Of a stretch of DNA of 64,000 nucleotides, positions 24,801 to 37,700 are shown piece after piece. The stretch's first letter is position 1, and each line of letters starts with the position of its first letter. The position numbers and the translations under genes are program-made. This stretch comes from Lingula anatina (taxonomy: Eukaryota > Animalia > Brachiopoda): NCBI GenBank assembly GCA_051362555.1, contig CM120641.1, positions 7,440,001 through 7,504,000 of the forward strand, read 5' to 3'. Below the pieces are notes generated by a model. It was not told where the DNA came from. It saw only the letters and a list, made by a program, of their open reading frames with translations, and did not search any database.

Positions 24801-27800
24801 CCTGACGGTAAGAGCCATGAGTCCATCATGCCACTCCATGGTGAGCTTGTTAATACCACCATACAACTCCTCCATAGTTATAGACTTGGGGTTCAGGACA
24901 TAGGTCTTCACTGGCTGGAAGAAGGGGTTGTCTTTGTTCAGCCCTTCTGCATGAAGGTTCTTCAGAACATCAGCCAATATCTGGAAAAAATTGTAAAATA
25001 TTGGTTTTCATTACTGTCATTTCACTGCAGAATAGATATACAATATAGGAATTTGTGTAGAATTATGATAAAAATTGCCATAGTGCTAAGTTTTATTTTA
25101 GGACACAACAATATAATTTAGATTTTATCATTAACATGTCACAGCCACCTTTAAAGTCCACTCTATAATGACTGGTCAACTATTTACCTCGTATGAGGTA
25201 GTTTTTCCACCTCCTGTTGGTCCCACCAACATGACACCGTGTCGCACTATCATGGTCTCATAGAGCTGGATCACCTTCTTCACAATGCACATCTCTGGCT
25301 GCAATTTCTTAGAAACCATCACTGAGAGGATTTCTTCCTGCAATCTTCCATAGTCGTGTTCTGGGATTGTCACTCCAGGGAACAAATCTTGGAGAATGGC
25401 CTGGGATGGAGAAAAGATGTTAAAATTTCATAAAATGCATATGTTTTTTATGGTTGTGCATATCTGCCAGTTAAAAATGCTAATTCTTTTTAATTAAGAA
25501 AAAATAAAACACACTTACAATATAATGTATGTACAAACACTGCAGTAGAGTCTGGCATGAGCCTCAAAGAAGTTTTTAGTTTTACATCTATACCCTGGAT
25601 GCAATTTTTATGAAAGCAGCTGTTTTGATAGCTAGCTATAACAACCTGAATTTAATGAAGCAGTACATTTAAACCACCTTCACCTACCTGGAAAAGTCCA
25701 GCATCATCCACTAAGAATTTGGGCAGGTTACTGTCCCTGAGAGCTCTAATCAGTACCACGTCTTCAGACTTATCTGGATTCTCTCTCTTCAGGGCTCCTG
25801 CCATTACCAGCACAGACTTCACAGCTCTCATGCCAAAGTCATAGTGATCCTGTTGGGACAGCTGCTCACTGCACAGTTTGTACATCTGGGTCATCTTCTG
25901 GGCAAGGTTCTTGGAGTCTTCAAAACCCTCAGAATACAGGATTACTTCAGCAATAAGACCTGGTGATAAAACATAGAGTAAAGATATTACATCTGACTTT
26001 GTCTTATTATATTGATACAAAATACAATATTGCAAACATGTCACATGAAATCATTGCTAAATACATCCAACGCAAATCAAATAAAATGATTATTCAATTC
26101 TAAAATAAAAGGTATTTTATTTCAGTTTTGACAAGTTTAAATATAACTACAATTCTTCTCAAATCTAACTATTTGTTCTTCATGGTCTTTTTCCATGCAT
26201 TTAACTTCTATTTTAAACATCAACTCTGAGAATAAAGGCTTATAAGTTTTCATGTTATTCAGCAAAAAGACAATATTGAAACTTACGGTAATCAGGCACC
26301 ATCATAGCGATGGGTCTGAACAGAGCTTTCAGGTTGTCTGGCAACTCTGTGCGCCCTGCATATCCAGGGTTCATGGTGATGAAGGCGGCACAAGTGGGAA
26401 TCAGTCGGATCTCACGCCCCTCGAACATGAAGCGAGAAACCTAAAACAAAAAACAATAAAAATACTGTCAAACAAAGGTAAACACAAAAATATGAATAGG
26501 TATTTTTGCTATTTTCAACATATTATTTCATTATTGAATGTCTAAAGATCATTCCTAATTTTAAAGTAGTTTCAAACTGAATGACATTATGCACTCATTA
26601 AATATATTTAATATATGTATGACAGTAAAGGTTTAATCCATATGAAAAAAGTATCCAAAAGTGAAACACAAACTAGAAACATGTCAGCATAACTCGGGTT
26701 ATATCAATCACTCTTTCCGTATGATTCTATTCATATATGCTGTACCTTAGCTGCTTTGGCATTCCTGATAGTGATGAGCTGCTGTGCAATTACAGACAAC
26801 ACCTCAATGTCAATACGGTTGAACTCATCAAAACAACACCAGGCACCAGACTGGGCAAGGCCAGAGAAGAAACGACCCATCATCTACCGAGATAAAAATG
26901 ATTATATATCATTAACTTTTATATACAAAATACACTGGCAATGAACATCATTGTATTAGCTGGCAGTGTAGTTTTGATCATCATTATACATAATTATTGA
27001 CATAATGGTATACAATTTTATAATCAAGAAGTTACTATATTAGAATTGTGTAACTAGCTCTGCTATCAGCTAACCCACTGTAATTTATATTGTTTCTTAT
27101 TGTTTTGATACCAATTTGACTCAGGTAAGTTTTTAATAGCTATACCTTGTAGTCCAGTCCATCTGAGCAGTTGAACACCACGCACTGTTTGGCCAGAGAC
27201 TTGGCCAGATCTTTGGTGGTCTCAGTCTTGCCTGTGCCAGCAGGACCAGCGGGGGCACCTCCAAGATCCAATTGCAGGGCACCCATCAAACACAAGTAGC
27301 AACGATCCTGGAAAAAAAAAGTCAGCAATAAATTACTCTATAGAATAATTCCAATAGATAAAGGTTGATGAACAGATTTTCCCAATAAAACACATTAAGC
27401 AGCAACAAGGTATTTTACTTGGATTAACATCTACTGTAATTCCACTGTTTTTAAATAATCAGTTGAGTCAAAAAAATGTGTGACTTACAGTGAGTGGTGT
27501 GATCACAAGCCTGGGAGATGCGCCAAGGTATTCATAGCCATAAATGTACAGGGAGTTGGACATGCGCACTGCACAGTTGTCAATCTCATAGTCCCAGTAG
27601 TAACGCAGCTGCTTCTGCCATTCAAAACTGTTTACGCTGTCGACCTGGAGAAGAGTATGGAGAAAATTGATGCTTTATATGGTTCTACTTATACAAAATC
27701 AGCTTACTTATGGATTCCTGTGGTCCCAAATTTTTAAAAGCTTCTTTATCTTTGTAACCTCTATGACAGAACTAAATGAAGTCCTTACCAGGGAGTTATG

Positions 27801-28559
27801 ACAAGTAATTTTCATGATACTCTTAATCTGCCACATCTCTCATTAAAAATTAAATACACATCCCATTATCAAAGAGCAACTTTGCAAATAAGGTCAACAG
27901 TTACAATATTTTGCAGGACCTTCTACAATTCTTCAAGCTAACCTGAGAGTGTCTAAATCTTTCATCATTTTAACTGAACCTACCTTGACTTTGACCATCT
28001 CTGTGACCATATCTCTGGCATGGACATCCAGTGTGATCAGGGCACACAGAGTGGCTCTCACTAGCTTTGGGATCTCTTGACGCACTATGGCAGCAAGTTT
28101 GTTCAGGTCCTACAAAGATGAATTGAATTTATCATAACTTAATCATGATTGTGTTCATTATTTAACTAAATTGTTTCATTAGAAAAATCTTATTGTAATT
28201 TGTTTTCATAAATTAAATATTAAAAAAAAAATTATTAATTTGCTTTAATAAATGAATATCTTTTGATAGTTCCAAAGAAAAAAAGGAAGAATAAAATATC
28301 TAAAATGCCATTAGAAGATATCACTTCTTCATTTCATTTTCTTTAAAAAAAAAAGGCATTTGGAATAACGTACATCAAAGCTCTTCTTCTCAAAGTTCTG
28401 CATTCCTACCAGCCTGTCGTCATCACTGGTGAGGACATTGGTGATATCTGTGCACCACATCATCTGGGACACTGTCAGAATCACCTGGAAAGACAATTGT
28501 ATATAATAATTTGTTTTCTTAAACCAAAAAATGACTGTCAGTAAATAAATAAATTAAAA

Positions 28560-28598
<39 letters not shown>

Positions 28599-31500
28599 AA
28601 TCACTTGCTGTTTTTTTAATAAGAGCAGGGTGAGGTAGATGTTATTGTTTAATTTGTCAAATTCTTTAAAATGAGACTACTTCATTTATATCCCATTACA
28701 AAAGTATATTCTAAAGTACCACAACCCTCTTTTAATGTGATCATCATGAAACAGAAATCTTACCTGTGATGCATGCAAAGCTACCCACTCTTCTCTGGTT
28801 CTCACTTCAAAGTCTTTAATTGACTCTTTGACCAATCTCCTCAAATTATTAAACATGGCTTCTTCCACTTTGCCTAACCAGTCTTCAACATTTCCACGAG
28901 CTTTCAGGCCCTATTTCAATAAACAAACATTATTTTATCTGTTTATGTAAGTAAACTGTTCCTTTGCACAGTCATTTTTTAAGACTACATTCTAACAGAA
29001 TATTTAGTCTTTAAGAATACATTTTTCATATTTGGACTTAATTTAAACCTCAACTTATTCACTAGATCATAAAACAATACGTGTAAATTCACCTTGCCAA
29101 GTCCAACTTTCTCTCCCTCAGGTGAAATCATGGCCAGAATGTCATTGGTGAACTGCACCTCTGCCTCTCCCTGCCCGTCATGATCTAAAATACAAGAAAT
29201 GTCACAATTTACAACTAAGTGGAAGTTACTTTTCAGTAATCTATGAAACTCAGGATATCTTTAACCAATTATAAAGAGTTATCACTCTGTATCCATTCTT
29301 CTAAATTTACCTTTGTCAGGTGTATTTTTACCATCCCCAGATGACTGTACAGCAAACTCCAGCTTAGAGATGGCATCAAAGCACTTCCTCAAGTGAGGCT
29401 GTACTGCCAGTGGGTTGCGGGTCTGTGCCAGGATCTCAAGGAGCTCATCATTGGACAAAAAGTAGAATCTAAACATAAGAGAAAAATGTCATTGAAATGG
29501 TAAGAAGAATAAAAATTTCAATCGTAAGTATTTTTAAATAAAATAAGCTTATTAAAAACATGTTGCCAATTATTCATTAAGTTGTTGGTTAACAAATTAT
29601 TTGCAACAAATTCCAGATAACATGCTAGGTTAACATGCGCAAGACTTTACTCCAATCTACATAAAGAAACCTACCTTGGGAAGATATTTCTCTTTGACTC
29701 CAAGTAAGCTTCCAGACATTTTTGAATCTGGTCCAACAAGGCATTATTGTTCTGGAAGGTCTCAAGCAACCCTAGAAAATTACGAAGGGTTTTAGAGTTT
29801 AATTGCATGTTGTAAAATACCTATATATATATATATTTCTTCCAAATGCATAATAATATAGGTAAAGCAATTTAATTTTACATGCTGTTCTCCTGGTCTT
29901 TACCATTCACAGCCAGAGACATATGTTGCCTTGAGCCAAATTTTTATACAATGACATTGGCACTGCCCTTGACAATAATAACCTTGACCTACCTGGTTGA
30001 GTTGCAGCTCTCATGGCCAGGGGGACTTTGTTTACTTTCCTCATGATGTCCTTGTATGACTTGTCTACCTGCATGAACATCTTGGACTCAGCTGGCAGCT
30101 GTCTCTGGATGTCTGGAGCACTGAAGATACTTTCCAGGTACAGCCAGTTTCTCTGACTGTTCAACCACTCATCCTAAATAAAATAATAATCCATGAAACA
30201 TCTCACACTCTCAAAAACAAATGGACTTACTGAATTCACATATCAATCTTTCACGGGTTCACATATCCTAAAAGAAAAATCAAATCCTGGAACTTACCAG
30301 AGTCTTTCCGAAGAGATCCAGCTGTTTGAGCCAGTCATCCACCTTTGGTTTGATGGGGCCCACATGCCTGGAGCTGGCTATGGTCTGGATATTGATATTA
30401 CTGTCATCCAGCAACACCTGGATCTCATCTGTGCCTCCCAGAATGAACACATCCTTGGAGTCCTTGTGTGGGAGGACTGGAAACTCTGTGGACTTCCAGG
30501 CATCTTCAACCTGCAAATAACAAGGGTAATGTATTGACATTTCATTTATTTGTTTATTCATTAATCCCAAGAATTTGAATAATGCATCAGAAAAGAAAAT
30601 CACACTAAAACAATAGACATTTTTTCTTCAGATTAATTTCATTTTTCAAATAATTTAGAAGTCATTAAGAAAAAGGAACATGATTTAATTTGTCATGCAT
30701 AAATTCTTAAAAATTGTCCACTTCTGTTAAAAAATAATCAAAGACATCAAAGACACAAACCTTTTTAAGGATACTCTCCAAGCTGGCTTCTGAGCTGGCC
30801 TGGCCTGAGATCTCCTGTACAGCCTCAGTGTGCTGGAAAGCCTCCAGCTCCACCAGTTTACCAAGAGTCATAGGGTCCTCAGGGGTGAAGGTATACCCAA
30901 TTATATTGTAAATATTCTCCCAGTGACGGGGCTTTATGCTGGGGTTTCTGAGGTCTGTTATCATAGGCATCTGGAAATAGTTGTTTAAACATAATAATAA
31001 TTGCTTTTATTTTGCTATCAGACTGATTACTTTCTGTAATTCAATGGAGTTCTACTTTCTGTGTGGCCATTTATTACCATTATAGTAAATAACATGAAGT
31101 TCAATTCATTTTTTGCAATGTAATGCAATGCAATGCATTCACAAGTGCATACAATTCCCCATTTCATTAAAAATCAAGTTTTTCACTTGACCAAATGTAT
31201 CATCTTATTACCTTATCTCTCATGCTTTCTACCCTCTCCTTCAGAGTAGGCACCACCCCATTAGGTGGTAGACCCTTTTCTAGCTGCTGGACAGCTTTTC
31301 CATACTTGGCCACAATGGCAGTTAACTGCTCTGGGTCCAGTGTATCCAAGGGAGCCTATAATACAATAGAGCTACCATTTAGCCATGTGGATTAAGAGTT
31401 CTTAACCAAATGACACTTTCTCTTTGCAGTAGTACACATTTTATGTTACAATATTTAAAATTTTGGAACAAAACTGGCTCAAACTCTAAAATATTACATA

Positions 31501-31663
31501 TGATTAGCCAGAGTTGTAAATAAAACTACTGCTCTGCACTATCAAGTTACATCACTCTTCAACTAAATTTTTTTGTGCAACAAGAAATGCACAATCTTTC
31601 AAAGTTTGTGTTTCATGAACATAAACACGAAATATATAATTTCAAGTACGTCATCAATACAAA

Positions 31664-31706
<43 letters not shown>

Positions 31707-34700
31707 AGGAAGGGATGGGAGATTATCCTCCACTGACCTCTGTCCAGTTCTTCAATAGTCCATCCCACTCATCCAGTGATGTCCACAACATGTTCTTCAG
31801 TTTCATCTCAGCTGCTGTCTCCTCAAGGGCATCAAACTTGGTCACCTCCACCTGGAGTACACGAAATCGATATTGAACAATAATAACAATAATAATAATA
31901 ATATGTTAAGTTTAAAAATTGACCAATCAATCTAAGTGCAGCGTTTTTCTCTTTTGGAGCAGATAACATCCATCTGATCAATGTCATGAAATGTCAATTA
32001 CAGAAGTTTCCTCAATAAAACCTCCCACACACCAAAAAGAAAAGCACTTTAACTTAGATATGCCCCCACCTTAAAGTTCTTCTGATATGACTTGTATGTG
32101 AAAGCTCTCTTCTGTAAGTCTTCCAAACGTACAGACATCTTCTTCAGCAAGTTGTTGATCTTTGTTTGATCAGCTCTTGGATCCAAAATTTCTGGATTCT
32201 GCAAAGAAAAATTAATAAAAAAACTAAATAAAAACCTGGTTTACAGCCACTGTGTTCACTGTGCAAAAGAATAAAAATTTTATTTCTCAAAAGACGATCA
32301 TCTCAAAATATTTCAAAACAACTGCAATTTTCACTATTACAAGCAATCAAGCTTGGTGACAAAAAGGTAATAGTGAAATGAAGTAATATGCAACAGGATA
32401 CAATTATTCATTTATGCTTGATGAAATTTCAACACCTACCTGTGCCTCCTGCTTTACTTCTTTCACCTCCTTGGCCAGCTCAGCTATGTCCTTGTCCAGG
32501 TGAGTGCAGAACTTGTCCACATTGGCATCTCTTTCTGCCAGGGACTTGTCTATAGCATTCCTAACATTGGTCACGGAGGGATTGAGAGTCTGATACACAG
32601 CAAAGTCCTCTGGAGGAGTGGGCACTTTGAACATGTCTATCAGTTCATACATTTCCTTTACTATGAAGGCTTCTTTCTCCAAGGGATCAATCTAGAAGTA
32701 AATAGTACAATATCTTTACTAATGATTTTTTTTTCTCATTTTTCCTTAAAAAAGTGTTTTGAATCTTTGGATTACTATAACAAAAGTAAAAAATGCACCA
32801 AGGTTTTAATATATAAAAATGATGAAATCAATTATGACAAAAAAATAATACTTTTCACTGAGTTCTTCTTTCAGAGGCATAGACACCTAAGCAGTTTTTA
32901 AACAGAACAAAACCTAACACACAACACTCACCCTCTCCTGTATTTCATCCAGGAAGTTGAGACTGTCCACATATTCTATGGTGCTGGTTGGTGCCATCTC
33001 CAGCTTGAACTGAGCATCCTGGAGCTCAGCTATCAGCCTGTCCACCTCACTCCTGGCCAGCACTGGCAGCAGGTCATTGATCACCTGGAAGACATACAAC
33101 TCATATTTATTGTATCTGTTGCTTTGAGAAAAGACAAAAATACCAGATTAATAGTAAATAGTTATATATCTATTTTATTGTTGTTATACTTAATGAACAT
33201 GCTAAACATCTTATTCAAAATCTTGAACTTTGCCGCATGTAAATCCCAATTTTGGTGTGGAAACTTGGTTATGAAAATCCCATACTTCCACTGTCATGAA
33301 AAATCTCATCAAACAATGATTGCCTCAAATAAACCATTTTATCCTCTCTAATTACTTATCAAGTCTGTCTACTCACATCCAGACATCTGAGTGGTGATGG
33401 GATGAGCAGGTCCTTCATCTGGATGGCATCTACCAACAACATGCCAATGGGTCTCTTCACAGGAATGGCCTCTGCCATCAGGTGCTGCTTGTGGTAGCGC
33501 TCCAGTGTCTCAGCAAAGAAGGCCACATCTATAAAACAATCCAGGTGTTTCAATCAAAATTCAATCATTTTTAATGATGGATAGTGTAATGCAAAAGCAG
33601 TAATCTGTATGCAAGTCCCTTTTGAAACATCAATTGCGGATATAAAAAACATGTCTCTGAAAATGTTTACTTTGGGCTAAAAAAATAATTTTTCAAGATC
33701 TCTTTTATTTACTTTTTATTTACTGTATTTACTTTTCTAAAATTACAGATTAACAGCAAATTAAACAATTAAAATGCATGTCATGTTATAAGCTTGAAAA
33801 AATAAGTTTATCTTTTTTTATTTATTTATATTTATATTTATTAATGTATCACTTACCATGCTCAGCCTGCCTGACTGCCTCTAGGTCAGTGCTCTCATTC
33901 ACCTTGTAGAACTCTCTGTGAGGTTCAAAGCAGTCTGCATACTGGTGGGCAGCATTGAAGGCTGCTGTTAAGGCCTCCTGGATGAAGAAAATGGCAAACA
34001 ATTAATGGCACATGTAGAGAACATTGGACCCTATACTCTTTTTGTATTAAAGAAACAGTGAGCTGACTTAAAATTGTTTCTCAAATAACATCAATAATGG
34101 AATGTTAAGCACTCCACTGAATGAACCCTTGGTAAAATTCTACTTAATTTATGTTACAACTCACAACAAAATAAATTTAATAAAATTTCTGTTGAGGTAA
34201 AACTGAGTGAATTAAATAAGTTTATTTTTTCATTTAAATATTTATAAAAAAGACACTTTGCCCTCACCCTAATATTCTGTATAATACTCTGCAGATGCTT
34301 GTCATCTTCAAACATGCTGATGAGGCTGGGACCCTCTCCACATGACTTCTCCTCAAACTTGCCATTAATTATGGGCCTAAAAGGATACAATATGGTTGTG
34401 TAAGAAAAAACAATATTGGCATTACAGTCTTTTTATTTACTGAACCTATTTCAAAAGCACCTAAGAAAACTTATACTGGACAAACATTGAAACTCTTAAT
34501 ATCTAATACTTGTACTATAATATAGCATGATATAAACTGAAAATGTTATTTCATTTATCAAAATTTTCATTTAAGAACTAATCTGAACAAGATAATCAGA
34601 TTATTTTTCAGTTGGCAAACAACACTCTGCAATGGACAAACACTTTGAACTTTGCAGAACAATCTTACCGTGTAAAAGCATCAAAGTAAGTATCAGGCAC

Positions 34701-37700
34701 TAGGTTCATGACACTGAGTACTGCATCCTGGAACTTCTTGATGACCTCGGCAATGCCTTCCTGGAACTCGTCTTCATCTGGGGTGAAGTTCAGCTGATTT
34801 GGCTCCAAAATGAACTCAGTGATGAACAATGGAGGGAGCTTGTTGGCCTCCTCTTCATCATCTGCTGCAGCTGCTGCTTTGGCCTATACAGGGGAAAACA
34901 CAGTCAAACACATGTCCTGATATCATTACTTCTATCATTTCAGTTTCTTTACAACTATTTTGTTTGCAAAGAGAAAACAAAATAATGTAAAACAAAGAAT
35001 CTAAAATCAATAAAAGAAGATAATTACATATCAAGTATATATTTCATACTGGTGTGTTTACAGATATAAAAATTTTCACATAAAACCACAAATGTTTTAT
35101 TTCATATCTAAGAGATTGATGATGATAATGCCTATGTGTTACAGAACTGCATTTACCTTAGCTTCCTCCTCTTTAGCCTTCTCCTTGGCTTTAACATCTT
35201 CATCATCTTCATCCTCATCTCCTTTCTTCACTTTACTCTTGCTCTCAATCTCATCCACAATGCTCTGTATCTGGGCCAAGGCAGGGGTATTCTGTAATTG
35301 TTCTGTCAGGTAGTTCAGCATGGTAGACACCGAGTTCACTGCCAGCACATGCATGGTGTTTACAATAAGGTAGTCTGCCAAGCGAATGAAGCTGGAAATT
35401 AAACAAAGATTTCATTTATATGAAGAAATTTTCATTTGTTTAATGACCAAATCCTGAATTGTTTTCTACAACTATCAGCAAAGAAATTAACTTCACACAG
35501 ACTATCTGAAAAATTTGAGCTGAAAATTAGAGTTGACAAAAGCATTTAATATGCCAAAGGAACACTTTTGATGAAACTGTAAACTGAAGTGTACAGAATA
35601 AAGAATAAACCTGCTCTTGATCACTGAAATTAAGGCATACTAATATTTTTTTAAAACTTGAATATATCTTACCAGGTCAAGCGCTTGCAGTGGGACCTCT
35701 TGTTAGCCTGCTCAGTGTATGTCATCTTGTCTGGAGCCTCACCATAGATATCCATGTCATAGTTACTCTGCATCTGAAAGCTGGAAGCTGTGCCTGGGGC
35801 ATCACCTAGGAAAATAAATTAGATGTGCTGATTAGTGAAATGATTCCTTTTTCTACAAATACACAAACAAATAATGACAGAAACTGGACTAGAACAAAAG
35901 ATTTTAAAACTGATTGAAAAAAAAAAAAAATACCCAGTCCAGGACTCTCTGAGCCATCATAGAAGTAATCATCTGGTGTAAAGCCTGCCTCCAGCAAAGC
36001 TGTCCTGCAAGCACTTCTGACCACTTCCTTCACCAGCTCTCTAAACTCTGCCAACCGGTCAGCAACCTATGGGATACAAAGGGACATGAATGTTTGTCTC
36101 CACTATTTATACTCTGATTTCATACAAGTGGGCAAAAATAAATAAATAAATGAATTAAGTTTTGCCTTTTGTTTGATATTTCAAAATCAGTGGGACCATT
36201 TATAATAATCACTGGTGACTTTTATTAAAAGACTTGCTTTATCAAATAAATGTTTAAGTTACATGTACATGATTTTTTTTCAACATCTTTATAATTCATT
36301 AGTAATTTACCTCATTCAACTGAGCAAACTGAGCCTCTCTGAACTCATGTAGACTGTATGTATGTCCCTTTTCCACTTTACACAAGCCCATGTCACTGAT
36401 CCTGTAGCACATCTCTCGGACATTCAGGAGGGCAGGGCACAAAGACTGGAAAAAAGGATGAAAATTTCAATTTATAGTGATCAAAAACTTTGAGAAAAAT
36501 AAGCAATTTGTCATAGTGGTTCATGCCTGGACATGGGTAATTGCAAGTATCTTAACCATAATATGGTTTGAAGCTTGGTATTTATGAAGGGTAAACCTGT
36601 AAAAGGTTATGCATGTACTGATAAGTGTTAGCCCCTCATGTCCTTTTTCATTAGACAATTAGCAAGCATTGTAACAATATCATCATTACATCATACTATA
36701 ACAATATAATCACATTGCAGAACTTAACTGAAGTTAAATTTTACACACTACGGTAAAGTGCCATGAATTTCGAACGGCTCTTGAATTTCGAACGATCTTA
36801 AAATCGGCCGTCTGGAGTTATTTCTGGACCATGAATTTCGGCCAGTAAGCAATTTTACGCGATCTTCATTTCATGAATTTCGTACACCTTAAAATCGGCC
36901 ACCGGGCTATTCTCGCGCTTATAAAGATCTAACAGTCGGCAATGTTGCCCTAGCGTACCTTTTACCTGAGTACTACGTGTGCGGCCCAAGGTGCAAGATA
37001 ACGATCGGTACAGTTAGTTTAGGACGCTAAACAACATCGTCATATCCATTCATTCAGATAACAGGAGAATCTATTAAGAGTTGTACTGTCGGGCTGTTGT
37101 TTCTTTACCGCAGTATTCGGTGTGAGATAGTGATCAGTAGTACTGCTGAAGCGCACAATAGCATTGTTAACAGTAGAGACTTCAGTAACAGAACAAAAGA
37201 GCAATATTAAGAGCTGCAATAAAGATTACCATTATTGCTTTCTTGTCTCGCTCAGATCGCTCACGATCTCCCGCTGACGATCTTCCGCTAATGAAGTCCC
37301 TTGAAATGTACAAATGAAATGAAAAATACTTTTAAAAATTATAAATTCCAATGGGCAGGGATGGAGGGTTAAAAACAATCGAGAACGATCTCCGGCTGAC
37401 GATCTTCCGCAAACGAAAGCCACTGAACGAGTATGAGCTTTCTCGTTTCACTCGGTTTGCGACGCTGACGATACGAAAATTGCGTTCTCGTCTCGCCCTT
37501 TGGCTTACGAAGTCTCTTTAACAAATATGAAAATTGCCTCCTGGTCTCTCTCGGATTGCGAACGATCTCTCGCTGAAAATTTGAAATTTTCCTTTTTGTC
37601 AATCAGCTTTGTCAGTTGCCGTGCGTATGAAGGTCCGGAAGGTGTCCCCTTTCACAAATTGGCCTGTAGTTTGCTTAGTGTGTTGTACCGCATGAAGGTC

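Noticed and set aside
2275-35313. Plus-strand ORFs overlapping dynein exons
   Set aside because: These are antisense shadows of coding exons with no independent gene structure.
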